From Felis catus (Eukaryota), in contig NC_058368.1 of NCBI RefSeq assembly GCF_018350175.1, forward strand, positions 138,820,001-138,884,000: a DNA stretch of 64,000 bases, written 5' to 3'. The notes beneath the pieces were generated by a model that was given only the letters and a program-made list of their open reading frames with translations, was not told the DNA's origin and made no database searches. Made by a program: the position numbers and the translations under genes. Shown in pieces: positions 48,662 through 60,991 of this stretch (the stretch's first letter is position 1; the number at the start of each line of letters is the position of its first letter).

Positions 48662-48888
48662 CTTTTCTTTTTTAAAAAAACTTTTTTTCTTAATGTTTAT
48701 TTATTTTTGAGAGAGAGACAGAGTGAGCAGGGGAGGAGCAGAGAAAGAGGGAGACATAGAATCGGAAGCAGGCTCCAGGCTCTGAGCTGTCAGCACAGAG
48801 CCTGACGTGGGGCTTGAACGCACGAACTGTGAGATCCTGACCTGAGCCGAAGTCGGACGCTTAACCAACTGAGCCACCCAGATGCCCC
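48662..48888 (-). mobile_element. Can-SINE
   Basis: TSD AATTCCTCTACTTTT. Confidence 0.95.
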
Positions 48889-49167
48889 AGAATTCCTCTA
48901 CTTTTCAAACACACCTAACATGTCTTTCTCATCTTGGGGTCTATGAGCTGCACACTTCTTTCAATATCTTTCAACATTCCCCTATAAGGTATGGCTGCGC
49001 TAATTGTATAGACACAGAAAATGAAGGCTTTATGCCCCAGGCTCAGAGCCTACATTTGCTCCAGACCAAAGCCCCTCAAACCCCAGTGTGTTTACCAGAA
49101 TTACGGGGGTGAGGATTAAGTGCAGATTTACGGGTTGCTGGGGATCTTCTCGTGTAACAGACCTGAG

Positions 49168-49279
49168 TTTTATTAAGATTTTATTTTTCCAAGTAATCTC
49201 CACGCCCAACATGGGGCTCAAACTTTCAACCCCATGATCAAGAGTCGCATACTCCACCAACTGAGCCAGCCACACGACG
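49168..49279 (-). mobile_element. short Can-SINE (SINEC_c-like)
   Basis: AAGTAATCTCCACGCCCAACATGGGGCTCAAAC...CTGAGCCAGCCA. Confidence 0.88.
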
Positions 49280-50364
49280 CAACCCGTGATTTTGAAAAGG
49301 GCTCTTGGAGAAACACTGCTGTATGTGTCTTAGGTATTTTAATATGCTGTAAATCCCTTGAGGCTAGGGGTCACTCTTTGCTTTGAATCTACCCTAGGCT
49401 TTACTACACTTTCCCTCCTACAACAGGCCCCTGATAGATTGAAGGACACTGGAAAATGTCATTACATTGACATTTACTACTTAATATCACAAGGAGCATG
49501 TTGCATGGACCCTCCAACGTTGTTGTGCCTGTTCCAAGAATGAAACAACGGGGCTGTCTTAAGAAACAACAAGACTGGCGTGTCTGGAGGGGCTGTGTGT
49601 GCAGCAATGATAAATTCATCCCCCCCCCCACCCCTACCCCACCCCACCCCCGCCCCCACGCCATTTGTGTCTTCTTCTAAGTAAAACTGTGTGAGTAGCT
49701 TGCTCATTAGCTTCCCTGCAGGAGGTAGTGAAATGTTAACTTTTAGCGAGCCATTAGCTGAGAGATCCCCGATTACTTATCCACTTTCCCACTGTTTAAC
49801 CTCTGTTCACAAAGATGCACCCCTCACATTCCTTTAGAATGACCTGGCTCCTTAAAGCCCAACTACCCAGCCCTAAATCCAGCCATCCAGCTGAGGGTGT
49901 TACAAATGTAAGTACAACCCCAACCCCCCACAACAGTAAAAGAGCCCTTGTGAATTCTCTCTCTCGGGGTTTTCCTGGCTACTCTCGGCCCTGGCGTGTG
50001 AGGTGCCTGCAGACCCTTTACCCAGGAAAACCACTGTCCATCCTGGGGTCCAGATGACAAGAAGAGAGCAGACAACCCAGCCCCAGAGACATCACCGAGG
50101 CCTGGAGAAACGTGAATGTTAATGTGTCTGTTTTTGATTTGATTTGGTTCTAACTCTTCAACTTCTAGAATTCTTATTCTCCAGCGGCAGGTACATATTT
50201 TCAGGGTATCAAAATGTTTCATTTTTACTCTAAATTTCGGAGAGCACTAGGGTATTTCAACTTTTTAGTACCTATAGTTGAACATTTTGCAAAAGAACTC
50301 TAATGTTTCCGTTCAACGCTTTACATCATACTCAGGGTTAAAGTTATTGTTTCGCTTGAATTAA

Positions 50365-50495
50365 TTATGCCAGACACTATTGTAAGCGTTCTGTGTATAC
50401 TGACTTATTAAAATAAAACAGCAATAAGAAAGGTGCTGTAATTAAATTATTCCCATTTTGCCCATAAGGAAAAGGAAGCTTAGAGAAAGTGGTAA
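50365..50495 (-). mobile_element. MIR fragment
   Basis: ATGCCAGACACTATTGTAAGC...TATTCCCATTTTG...GAAGCTTAGAGA. Confidence 0.6.
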
Positions 50496-52699
50496 CGGGA
50501 TATGTTTCTGCAGGGCCAGATTGCTACGTGGATTATGAAGTCATCTCCCACTATGTTCTAATGAAGGAAGGCTCACCAGACTTCAAGTCTTTCTCTTGAG
50601 AGCTCACTTCCATTCAAAATTTCTAGCCTGAACATCACAACGAGTCTTTGGGAAGGCATGTGTGTTTTAAATGAGTGTAGCTTTTTCAAGAGGTACACAG
50701 GGGTATGCTGTGTAGAACGTTTCTTTATTGTTCAGGAGTATCGGAATATTCGAAGATGTTCAGAATCCTTAGTCCCAACAAGAGCAAAAGAATGCAGCCT
50801 CAAGAAAGGCAATACAAGTTTGATCCACCATTTGCACGAGGCAGGGTAATGCCTGGCGTCCGTATTGCAGGGTATGGAGGGAACAGGAGTGGGAAACTCC
50901 AAAGGACTTGGCTTGGAACCGGTCTGATAAAGGTCTGCAATTTATCAGCACAAATGAATTAACCTCTCCCAAGTCTCAACTCCTTCCTCTGTAAAGTGAG
51001 TGGCAAAACCTCTGTGATAGAGTAAAATTAAATGAAAGAGCCGAGCTAACTACAACACAGTGCTGAGCCCAGAGAAGCTCTGAATAAATCTGAATTCCCT
51101 TGCCCTCGCTCTCCCTTTGACACAGAACTAGAGGTCAAAGATGTGGCTTCCAGTCTTTGCCCTGCCATGTGGCCTTGGGCATCTCTTTTCATATCTCCAG
51201 ACCTTGGGTTCCTTGCCGGTAAGAAGAAATGAAATCAAACTATCTCTAAGGGAACCTACAATCTAACAGTATGGTCTGAAGGTTGAAGGGCAAGTGGAGA
51301 GACCCATGAGCCAGGACAGGAAGGCAGAGATGAGGAAGGGCTGGAGAAGCCACATGAGTAGACCCACTCGAGGGCATCTGATCTCCAAAGATAAGACAGG
51401 CTCCAGGCTCCCCAAAAATTGGCCTAACCATGGACATGTATCACTGTAACATGAGAACAGCCACATTCATAGAAAGTCCGCTTCCCTGCCCCTGGATCTA
51501 CTCCCGGTGCACAATCTTCTAACCCTTCCCTCCCCGCTCCCCCAGGCCTCCGTTGCCCCATGGTTTTCCACCATCAATGCCCTTCCAGTTCAGTGAACCA
51601 CTTCAAGATGGGAATAAGTGATAACACCACCAGGTGTGACCCGCTCTTTCAGCAGCGGCCCCTGAACCCCCAGTGGCCTGTCACAGACTCTTTCTGTTTG
51701 CAGCTCTTGGGACCAGTCAGAAGAGTTTCAGTCCATGGGGACTCCAGGGGCAAAAAGAGAGCTAATGAATCTCCTCCCTCAGAAACACCCTCCACAATCA
51801 TCCCTGCTCCACCAAGCAGAAGGGGGTGCCACACTAGCACTCCGGGCTCGGTGGCTCTGCTCACTCTGAAACAGCTCCTTTATCCCGATCATTTTTTGCT
51901 TTGTTGATGCAGGGCAAGTCTCAAGCACTGGGGTGGAGACGGGTGACAGTGGGGTAGCCCACGGTCACTTCAGATCCCCAGTGGTGAATGAGGGCACGGC
52001 CCTGGGACCGACGAAGCTCCCATCCTAAATACAGGTCTTAATGCTGCTGAAATAGGCTGACGGCCTGCAAGTCTGACACTGAGAAGGTGGTCCCTGTCCT
52101 CCACACCCTCACCCCACAGGAAGTTCTCAAATCAGGAGTTATTTAATTATACCAGCATGTCCCAGGTTCCCAGGGTTTGAATCCCCAGGCTCCCCTGCTG
52201 AAAGGATGCGTAAGTTTCAATATGCGCACACCTCTCATTTGCAGGAGAAGGAACAAGTCCCAGGGAGGTAGGATGACTTGCCTAGCCCTCCAGAATTCCA
52301 GCAGAGTGAAGCCCGGAATCAGGCCAGGGTGCCAGCCCAGGGCTCCTGCCTTCATTCCCTCCCTCGGTGGGCCAGGCCAGCCTCATTGGCAGAACCATAG
52401 GCAGCGAGCCGGCCCTTTGGCTCCTGAGATTGCACGCAAGACCCTGAAGAAAAGCAGGCTGTGAGCCTATAGAGAAATGTTGCACGTTCTACATTATTTC
52501 TCTGTCTTCTTTGGGTCATCTGGTTTTCAAGGGATATCCCCCCGCTCTTTGTAAAATGATGAGCACACCTGAGGCTTGTGTTAAGAACATTTGCGTTCTC
52601 ACCGGTCTGTTGACAAGGGACAGACCTTGTCAAGATAAGAGGGGCAGATAAATGAGGGGAGGGGAGGAGGAGAAAGGCTAACGCAGTGTTCCCTGTGTA

Positions 52700-52840
52700 C
52701 TCTCTATGCACCACACGCTTTCCAGGCACTGACTCCTGTAATGCTCACAGCTCCGTGAAGTAGACGCTACCAGGATCCCCGTTTTACAGAAAAGGACCAG
52801 AGAAGTCCAGGGAGCTGGGCCAAGTCCCAGAGCTGGGTAG
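52700..52840 (-). mobile_element. MIR fragment
   Basis: ATCCCCGTTTTACAGA...CCAAGTCCCAGAGCT. Confidence 0.55.
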
Positions 52841-54469
52841 GTTTGATGACAAATGTGAAGGGCTGCTCAGCACATCAAAGGGCACTTATAATTACTTACT
52901 GAAATCCATTTCAGAGAGCTTCAATGTCCCTATGCCTTCCACAGAAGGAAACTTCTAGAGTTAGTTTTAACCCAGAAGAGGAAAACATCCATGTCAATTT
53001 TGCAACCTGTTGGAGAGACTCAATTATAGAATCCCTAAAGCTAGCTACCAGATCAGACGGTATTTCTCACTTGCAGCTCTCATAAGGATAAACACATGAC
53101 CTGCTCCCCACCAGGGAAGAACCTGACTCCTCAGCCATTATTTTAGTTGAGACAAGGTCTCTGCTTTGAGCCCCTGAATTCCTTCTTGGTGTTCTTCTGA
53201 CTTGTTTCTTGAATGTTTGTGGAGGATGCTAAATTTCAAGAAAGAGAGGGTAATGCAGAAAGCGCCCGGGGAGAAATGTGTTTTGTTTGCGATTTCTAAA
53301 AAGTCTACCATTTACAAAAGTGGGTGATGGGTGTTTAGTCTCTTTTAAGAGGTTGGCAGGTTTACACCTTAAAAAAGACGGCAGAGAGGAATCCACACCT
53401 TAACACATACGCTAGACCTCAAATTGCACTATGAAGTGAAACAGTGTGTTAATAATTATGCCAATAAATATGCTGGTGTTTTTAAATGGTGTTTAGGGTG
53501 AAGCGCCCCGCCCCCCCCCCCCCAGCCTCGGGCTCCCTCTCCCTCACTGTCCCCATCAGTGCCGGTGCACAGCGACCCCTTTGTTCTCCCATTAGAGGGA
53601 AACTAGCACAATAAAAGCCTTGTTTCTGATAAGAGTATCTGTCACTGACATAGAAGAAGCAATGTGTTTTTTATTGAGTCGACCCCCTTAATGAGCAATA
53701 CACAAAAGATCGTTAATTATAAGCCATCCTCTGTCCCAAGCCCATATGTACATTTGCATTTCCAAAAGCCCCACTCGGCTCTTTTGAAAAGGTTTGCCTT
53801 GGTTTTTGCCAGGCTGGTTAGGAAATGGCTGCACCGGAAGATGCTGCCAACATCAACACTAAGCGCACAAGACGTATATGCAAATGGCAGATGCAAATGG
53901 TTCAGTCTCCTAGGCAGGCACCTGCCGTGCAGGGAAGGATGTTCAGAGGTAACATCGGTGCCATCCTGGGCTCTCACCCCTGGAAAAACCAGTGTCAACT
54001 GGGCAGAGAAGTGAATTTCCTCCTTTCTCTGCATTTGCGTCACAGCACGCACACCAGCAAACAGAATTTAACTGGGTTCTGGGACCATGGACAAGTGAAA
54101 AGGAAAAGGAATTGGCAGGCTTGGCAGAGCTCTGTTCTCCCTGGGAAATATGGATTAACTTGCCGAACTAAACAACTTATTGAAGCTGCTTCTTCGGAAA
54201 TGCTTTTTGGGCTCAACACACTGGGTCAAGCCTTATGCTTATACTTTACACGACCCAAGGTCTTAGAAGACCATTTGTGTTAGAGGAACAATGTGGGCAG
54301 GCCTGTTATCCAGCATGCAGGGGGTGTCAGAATATTCTAAAAGGCTAGAGGACACACTGAACAGGAATCCTAACCACACTAATGATTTGGGAAAGGGTGG
54401 GGATTGAAGCAGGTGGAAAGGGATCCCACTGGGTGAGCATCTTACTAGCCTAAAAAAGTGAATGGATGA

Positions 54470-55340
54470 ATCGTATGTCATCAGGGAAATATGAGGGAAA
54501 AATAACACTGAGCCACCACTGCGCGTCTATCAGGGTGGTCAGAATCCAGAACACTGACACCGCCAAATATTGGCAAGGATGTAGAGCAACAAGAATTCTC
54601 ATTCGTTGTTCATGGAAATGCGAAATGAAGACCGTTTGGCAGTTTCCTGCAAAACTAAACATACTCTTACCATACGATCCAGCAATTGTGTTCCTTGGTA
54701 TTTACCCAAAGGAGGTGAAAACTTACGTCCACATAAAAACCTGCACGTGGATGTTTCTAACAGCTTTATTCGTAATTGCCACAACTTGGAAGCAACCAAG
54801 ATGCCCTTCGGTAGGTGGATGGATCAACAGTGGGGCATCTAGACATGGGATACTCTACAACCCTACAAAGAAATGAGCTATCGATCCATAAAAATGCATG
54901 GAGTAATCTTAAATGCAAATTACTGCGTGAAAGAAGTCAACCTGAAAAGGCCCCATACCCTATGGTTCCAACTAAATGGCATTGTGGAAAAGGCAATGGA
55001 GTCGGTGAAAAGATGAGTGGTAATCGGAGGCTTGGGCGGGAGCAGGGGGAGGGATGAATCATTGTAGTGCAGAGGATTTTTAGGGCAGTGAAAATGCTCC
55101 TTGTGATACCATAATGATGGATACATGTCATTGCACATTTGTCCAAACCCACAGAATGCACAACACCAATGTAAACAATGGACTTTGGGTGATTATGATG
55201 TGTTGATGTAGGTTCATCAGTTGCAGCAAATGTATCATTCTGGTGGGGCTCTGCATGTGTGGGGCCAGGGTGGGGTACATGGGAAATCTCGGTACCTTCC
55301 TCTCAATTTGCTGTGAACCTAAAAGTGCTTTAAAAAACTA
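54470..55340 (+). mobile_element. old LINE-1 3' end (L1MC1-like)
   Basis: Degenerate ORF2 C-terminus (LPYDPAIVFLGIYPKE...KQPRCPS). The 3'UTR ends TTTGCTGTGAACCTAAAAGTGCTTTAAAAAA. Confidence 0.85.
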
Positions 55341-55344
55341 AGAC

Positions 55345-55553
55345 TTTTTTTTTTCAAAGCTTATTTATTTTGAGAGAGAAAAGGAGAGAGATTGGGGGAG
55401 GGGCAGAGAGAGGGAGAGGGAGAATCCCAAGCAGGCTATGCACTGTCAGAGCAGAGCTCGACGACAGGGCTCGATCTCACGAACTGTGAGATCATCACCT
55501 GAGCCGAAATCAAGAGTCAGATGCTTAACCAACTGAGACACCGAGGTGCCCCC
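55345..55553 (-). mobile_element. Can-SINE inserted in the L1MC tail
   Basis: Approximate TSD TAAGWCTT. Confidence 0.93.
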
Positions 55554-56657
55554 CAAAATAAGTCTTAATGAAAGTTTTTTTTTTTAAACTTTAGGAGCTG
55601 TGTCAGGAAAACATCTTCCCTAGGTTTAGCAGGACCATGCCCAATAGACCAAGCAGAATGAGCACTCGAATAGAACCTATGTGAACCATATACACATAGC
55701 GAGAATGGGGGCACTAGGAGGCAAATAACTATTTAAATGAGCCATATTTCAGGTCTTATAATATGGAAACAGGTTTTCATTTCAAACAGCTTCATGCAAA
55801 CCATTGTTTATAATTATCATGATCCCAAGATGTTGCATGTACATCAAATTTGGCTACATGAAATTTTTCCTCCAATGGTTTACAATCTCTTTCAGCTCTG
55901 AAGTTAACAATTCAGGTATGTGTTTTCTAAGGCGCTTGATGTTTATTGTACATCCTTTTTAAGTCTAATTTCCCTCAACATTCTGTCTTTCCCTTTTATT
56001 CTTCTGCCAAATATTTAGTCAGTAAGTACTACGGGTCAGGCATAGTTCTTAGCATTGACTTCATGTTTATTTGCCATTCTGTCCTTTTATTTACAGTCGG
56101 TGAAGATTTAGGATGACACTGTAATAGCACACACAAAAGACAGTAAAAGCCACAGTGCTGACTGTTGAAATGGACAGGATACAAAGAGATGTAGCACTTG
56201 ATAAGATGGCAGGATAATGGGACAGATGGGGAAACTGATGATCCTTCTCAGTGAGGACAGGTGTATCTGGGAATACTAACCCAGTTCATCCTCGTGTTTT
56301 CCTGCCCTCTTTTTTTCTCCCACTTGTACCCCAGGGATTTTTCTGTCCTCTAGCCTATACCACAGGAGGAAAAAACTAATTCTTCAAAGAAGCAATTTCC
56401 TTTCCAAAATGTCTAATGCATCATTCAATTACATCTGAGGTTCTCAGCTAATGAGCCAAAACATTTGCAGTTTTTCTACACAAGCAAGAAAACACAGAGT
56501 CAAAAAGAAGTGAAATTGATTTAGAAGACTAGACCTTTCACCTAAAGGAAAAGTAATGCTTCCCAGAGCGATACGTAATTGAACCGACTGCAATGCATGG
56601 GTTAAGCCATCTTCTTAAAATGACTACAAACTCATAAAGCAAATAGTGATGCTTTGT

Positions 56658-56891
56658 TTTTGGGGTTTTTTTAAGTTTTTTTTAATGTTTATTTATTTTC
56701 TTTGAGAGAGGGAGAGAGACAGAGTGTGAGCAGGGGAGGAGCAGAGACAGAGGGAGACACAGAATCCAAAGCAGGCTCCAGGCCCTGAGCTGTCAGCACA
56801 GAGCCTGATGTGGGGCTCGAACCCACAAACTGTGAGATCATGACCTGAGCCGAAGTCAGGTGCTTAACCGACTGAGCCGCCCGGGCGCCCC
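56658..56891 (-). mobile_element. Can-SINE
   Basis: TSD GTGATGCTTTGT. Confidence 0.95.
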
Positions 56892-56945
56892 TACATGGTG
56901 ATGCTTTGTAGGAAATGAAAGTGATGAAGTCTGTGTAACAGCTCC

Positions 56946-57065
56946 TTTTTTTAAAAAAAGTTTATTTATGTATTTAAATCATCTCTACACCCACCATGGG
57001 TTCGAACTCAGGACCCCGAGAAGAAAGAGTCTCATCCTCTTCTGACTGAGCCAGCCAAGTGCCCC
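56946..57065 (-). mobile_element. short Can-SINE (SINEC_c-like)
   Basis: ATCTCTACACCCA...CTGAGCCAGCCAAGTGCCCC, with TSD TAACARCTC. Confidence 0.88.
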
Positions 57066-57319
57066 TAACAACTCACTCTTAATGTCATCCTTTTGTCCCT
57101 TAACTTTTAAAAACTCTATAGTATGCACTGCAATTATCAATAAAATATAACTCCCATTTATGAATGGCCCTCAGCATAAAGTGGATGTGCACCGACCTGT
57201 CCTGCACAGCCCATTATAACTGCTGATGGTGTCCCCAGCCAGAATGGTGAGTTAATGTCAGGGCTACGACTACGAGTCCAAGTGCAAATCCCTCTCCGAT
57301 TCACTTTTCTCTGTCCCTT

Positions 57320-57349
57320 TTTTAGTATATGTGCTGCCGAAGCGAGCAC
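57320..57349 (-). pseudogene. RNU6: 3'-truncated U6 snRNA retrocopy (nt 1-30)
   Basis: Minus strand reads GTGCTCGCTTCGGCAGCACATATACTAAAA, the 5' end of U6. It is flanked by the direct repeat TCTCTGTCCCTT at 57308-57319 and 57351-57362. Confidence 0.95.
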
Positions 57350-57959
57350 ATCTCTGTCCCTTAATGAGAATAACACCCCAATACAGACATAAACCTCCCC
57401 CAAGTTCTGATCACTCCACTTGTATTATTTAGGAGGTAAACTCCAAGTCTCCTAAAACTTCAAAACTCCGGCAGTTTTGACCAACACCTGCTTGAGAAGA
57501 GCACTTGTTTGCCCACTAAGATGCGAGCAAAGAGCAGACAGTTCTGCTGTGGCCCCAGCAAGGTGCATGGCATGCTGTAAGTGCTCAGTTAACGACGGTT
57601 GACACGAAGGAGGAGATTGGCTGTCCTGCAAAGAAAACAATATTATGTTCTTTGCATCTGATGAGATCACTCCACTCTTCGCGTTTCACCTCGGGAAAAT
57701 ATTCCCTGTGTTCCCTACAGGTCTGCCAAGAATGTAGGAGGAAAATGACAGCTGGAAATTCAGAAAATAACCTGCCCCGAAAGAAGATGAGGCTCACAAA
57801 AACGCAGGCAGCTCTACGGGGTCTTAATGACCCCTGGTAAGCCAGGAGGCACCCTAGCATTCTGGATAACTGAGATGTGTCAAGAAATCTCAGATTCGAA
57901 TATAACAGAACACACAAAAAAAGTGAAGGTGATTGGAACTATTTGCTTTGAGCAAATCG

Positions 57960-58100
57960 CTGAGGGCGAGTACCTAAACCTCACTCAATCTCAGGTTCCT
58001 TACCTATAAAATGAAAATAACACAGCTGCCTCCTGAGGTTGTTGGCACAATTATGTGAGATCCTGTGCTAACATATATTCACTAAATGTAAGCTATTAAC
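57960..58100 (+). mobile_element. MIR fragment
   Basis: TCTCAGGTTCCTTACCTATAAAATGAAAATAA core. Confidence 0.7.
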
Positions 58101-58245
58101 CATAATGACTTGGTGACGGGAGATAATCCAAGAAACAAGTGAGCTCACAAAGGAATTGATTCAGATTGGACGTGACGAAGGCACCAAACATCAGAGGCTT
58201 TATTCCTCAGCTCGCCACCGCGCCTTCCCCACCCCACCGCCAAGG

Positions 58246-58398
58246 CAGAGATTTTTAACCTCGGATCTAAAGACCCTTCAAACTCTCTGAAATTGACTGC
58301 GGGATGTTGTGCCGATGTGCATTCTTCTACAAAGAGTCCAAAGTATTCGCTAAGATTCTCAAAGCCGTCTGGCACCTCCCCCAAATTCAGAGTCACTG
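58246..58398. mobile_element. MER103-like hAT-Charlie MITE
   Basis: CAGAGATTTTTAACCT...GTGCATTCTTCT...AGATTCTCAAAG...CACTG. Confidence 0.65.
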
Positions 58399-58838
58399 CC
58401 ATAGAATTATAGCAAACTCTTCCTTCGGGTCTTGTTTTCCAGTCTAAATGGACACAAAACTCTCTTCTTCCTCTTTTGGTTCAGCCAATCCATGGTACAC
58501 CTTCTCAAAAGAATTCTACGACGAATCTAAGGAGAAATTAGAAACGGAAATAAAACCCATACAAAAAACCAAAAATGTTTGGAAAGATGAGCATCAAAGC
58601 ACATAGCACAGGTCCCAATTCTGAGACCCCAGGACAGCCACGCCCGGGCTGGGCCTGCACGCAGGTGTGTGGACCCACATGCCTTCCTTCGTGGCTCCTC
58701 TCTTTTGTCCCTTAGACTAACTGCTTTCTTTCATTTAAAAGTGGAATTCTTTTAGACAATTTGCCATCTGCTTGGATTTCTTCGCATGGATACAGACCAT
58801 CGGCTTCTCTCTTAAAATAACGTAAAGGAGAGTTTACT

Positions 58839-59475
58839 GGGGCTCCTGGGTGGCTCAGTCGGTTAAACGTCCAACTCTTGATATCAGCTCAGGTCATGAT
58901 ATCACAGTTTTGTGAGTTCAAGCCCCTCATCCGGCTCAGTGCACGGGCTGCTTGGGATTCTCTCTCTCCTCTCTCTCTGCCCCTCCCCAACTAGCTCACG
59001 CGCTCTCTCTCTCAAAATAATAAATATTAAAAAAAAAAAAAAAAAAGAAGGGGCCCCTGGGTGGCCTCGGACTTCAGCTCAGGTCATAGTCTCGCAGTTC
59101 TTAGGTTTGAGCCCTGCGTCGGACTCTCTGCTGTCAGCACAGAGACTCCTTAGGATCCTCTGTCTCCCTCTGTCTCTGCCCCTCCTATGCACGTGCTCTT
59201 TCTCTCTCTTTCAAAAATAAACATTAAAATATTTTTTTAGGGGCGCCTGGGTGGCGCAGTCGGTTAAGCGTCCGACTTCAGCCAGGTCACGATCTCGCGG
59301 TCCGTGAGTTCGAGCCCCGCGTCGGGCTCTGGGCTGATGGCTCAGAGCCTGGAGCCTGCTTCCGATTCTGTGTCTCCCTCTCTCTCTGCCCCTCCCCCGT
59401 TCATGCTCTGTCTCTCTCTGTCCCTAAAATAAATAAACGTTGAAAAAAAAATTTTTTTTAATATTTTTTTTAAAA
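58839..59475 (+). mobile_element. three head-to-tail Can-SINEs (starts 58839, 59050, 59240) inside one TSD
   Basis: Outer TSD AAAGGAGAGTTTACT at 58824-58838 and 59476-59490. Confidence 0.95.
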
Positions 59476-60088
59476 AAAGGAGAGTTTACTAATAACCAAA
59501 ATGGCTGAAAATTATTCAATCTCTAGATGCCTGGGTGACTAGGGAGAGAGGCAGAGGAGATTAGAGAGAAAGAGAATATGGGGTGAACCAGAAAAGAAAA
59601 AAAATTGTTAGAGCCCTATACTATCAACAAAAGGATTTGCTTATTAGCACATACCCACTATCAGTTATTAGGTCCTTAATGTCAGTGAGTTTCACTGAGT
59701 AATAGATTCCTTTTCAGAACGAGGGATCAGAGGTAGGTAAGGAATACAATGATGTTAGATCTATTAGAATCCTCGAATATGCTCTCCTTCTCTCCCTCTA
59801 TTATTAAGTCTGAATGGGTGAGGGCCTTCCAGAAAGCAAAGGGCAGGAAAGAAATCATGAAGACTAGAGGAGTTTCTGGAAATTATTCATATCTAATTCA
59901 CAAACACCGATTGAGTTTTTATTGAATGCCACTCTCTGGACGAGACTCTAAAGAGGAGGAAAATGAATAAAACTGAGTTCATGTTTTTAAGAAGCTCTTA
60001 ATCTAAGGAAAGGTATAAATGATAAATATGATTTAAAATGATAAGCATGTTCATTCTGTGACAGGGAGCCGGAAGAGAAATAAGTTTC

Positions 60089-60313
60089 TTTTAAAAAAAA
60101 TTTTTTTTAACGTGTATTCACTTTTGAGAGACAGAGAGAGACAGAGCACAAGCGGGGGAGGGGCAGAGAGAGAGGGAGACGCGGGATGAGAAGCAGGCTC
60201 CAGGCTCTGAGCTGTCAGCACAGAGCCCGATACGGGGCTTGAACTCACGAGCTGTGAGATCATGACCTGCGCCGAAGTCGGACGCCTAACCGACTGAGCC
60301 ACCCAGGCGCCCC
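60089..60313 (-). mobile_element. Can-SINE
   Basis: TSD GAAGAGAAATAARTTTC. Confidence 0.95.
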
Positions 60314-60991
60314 AGAAGAGAAATAAATTTCAAGAAAACACATCCCACTCTGAAGATCAGATCGCCCTACTTGAAAATTATCTCTGGGATCTGCCCTTTC
60401 CTGTCTACAACCACCTCCTGTTCTTCCTAGACTCAAAAGTCAAAGTTGACATGAAAATTTTCCTGGGATCACAGCATTTCATGGTAAAGTCCAGGGATAG
60501 GCCCTCCTGAGCATTTTGGCTCTAGAGACAGTAATATCTTTCCACTTCCAAGGCAATGAAAAAGAAAAGGAGAGTTCTTTTTTTTTTTTTTCCACAGACA
60601 GTCCTTGGAATTGTAATCTTTCCCCCTTGCTTCCTTTTTCTGCAAAAGTCACCAGTTTGCAACACAGAAACTATTTTGCCAGAGTGTAAAGAAATTTCAG
60701 GGTGTGAGCTCCTTTGAGGTAGACAACATATGGGCATGCAGTCTGGTTCCTTAGACCAACTTGACACCAACTGATCCATTAGTAACTGGATGGCTCCTAA
60801 GTTCTACTTCCTAGCCCTACATTTGTTCCCCAGGAAGCCAAACCCTTTTTGTGTAGACCCATCCAATCTTAAACCAAAACCATTCTCTTCCCCATCACAG
60901 GAACCTCTCACAGCAAGTCATTGGGAGATAGAAACCTTGAGTGCCAACAGGTGTGGGCAAGGGAAAGAGAATAAGCTAGGCCAACCCTGGG

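Noticed and set aside
53664..54283. Overlapping 111-152 aa ORFs
   Set aside because: No recognisable domains. ORFs on both strands suggest chance.
54466..54876. 136-aa ORF
   Set aside because: A decayed L1 ORF2 C-terminus, not a host gene.
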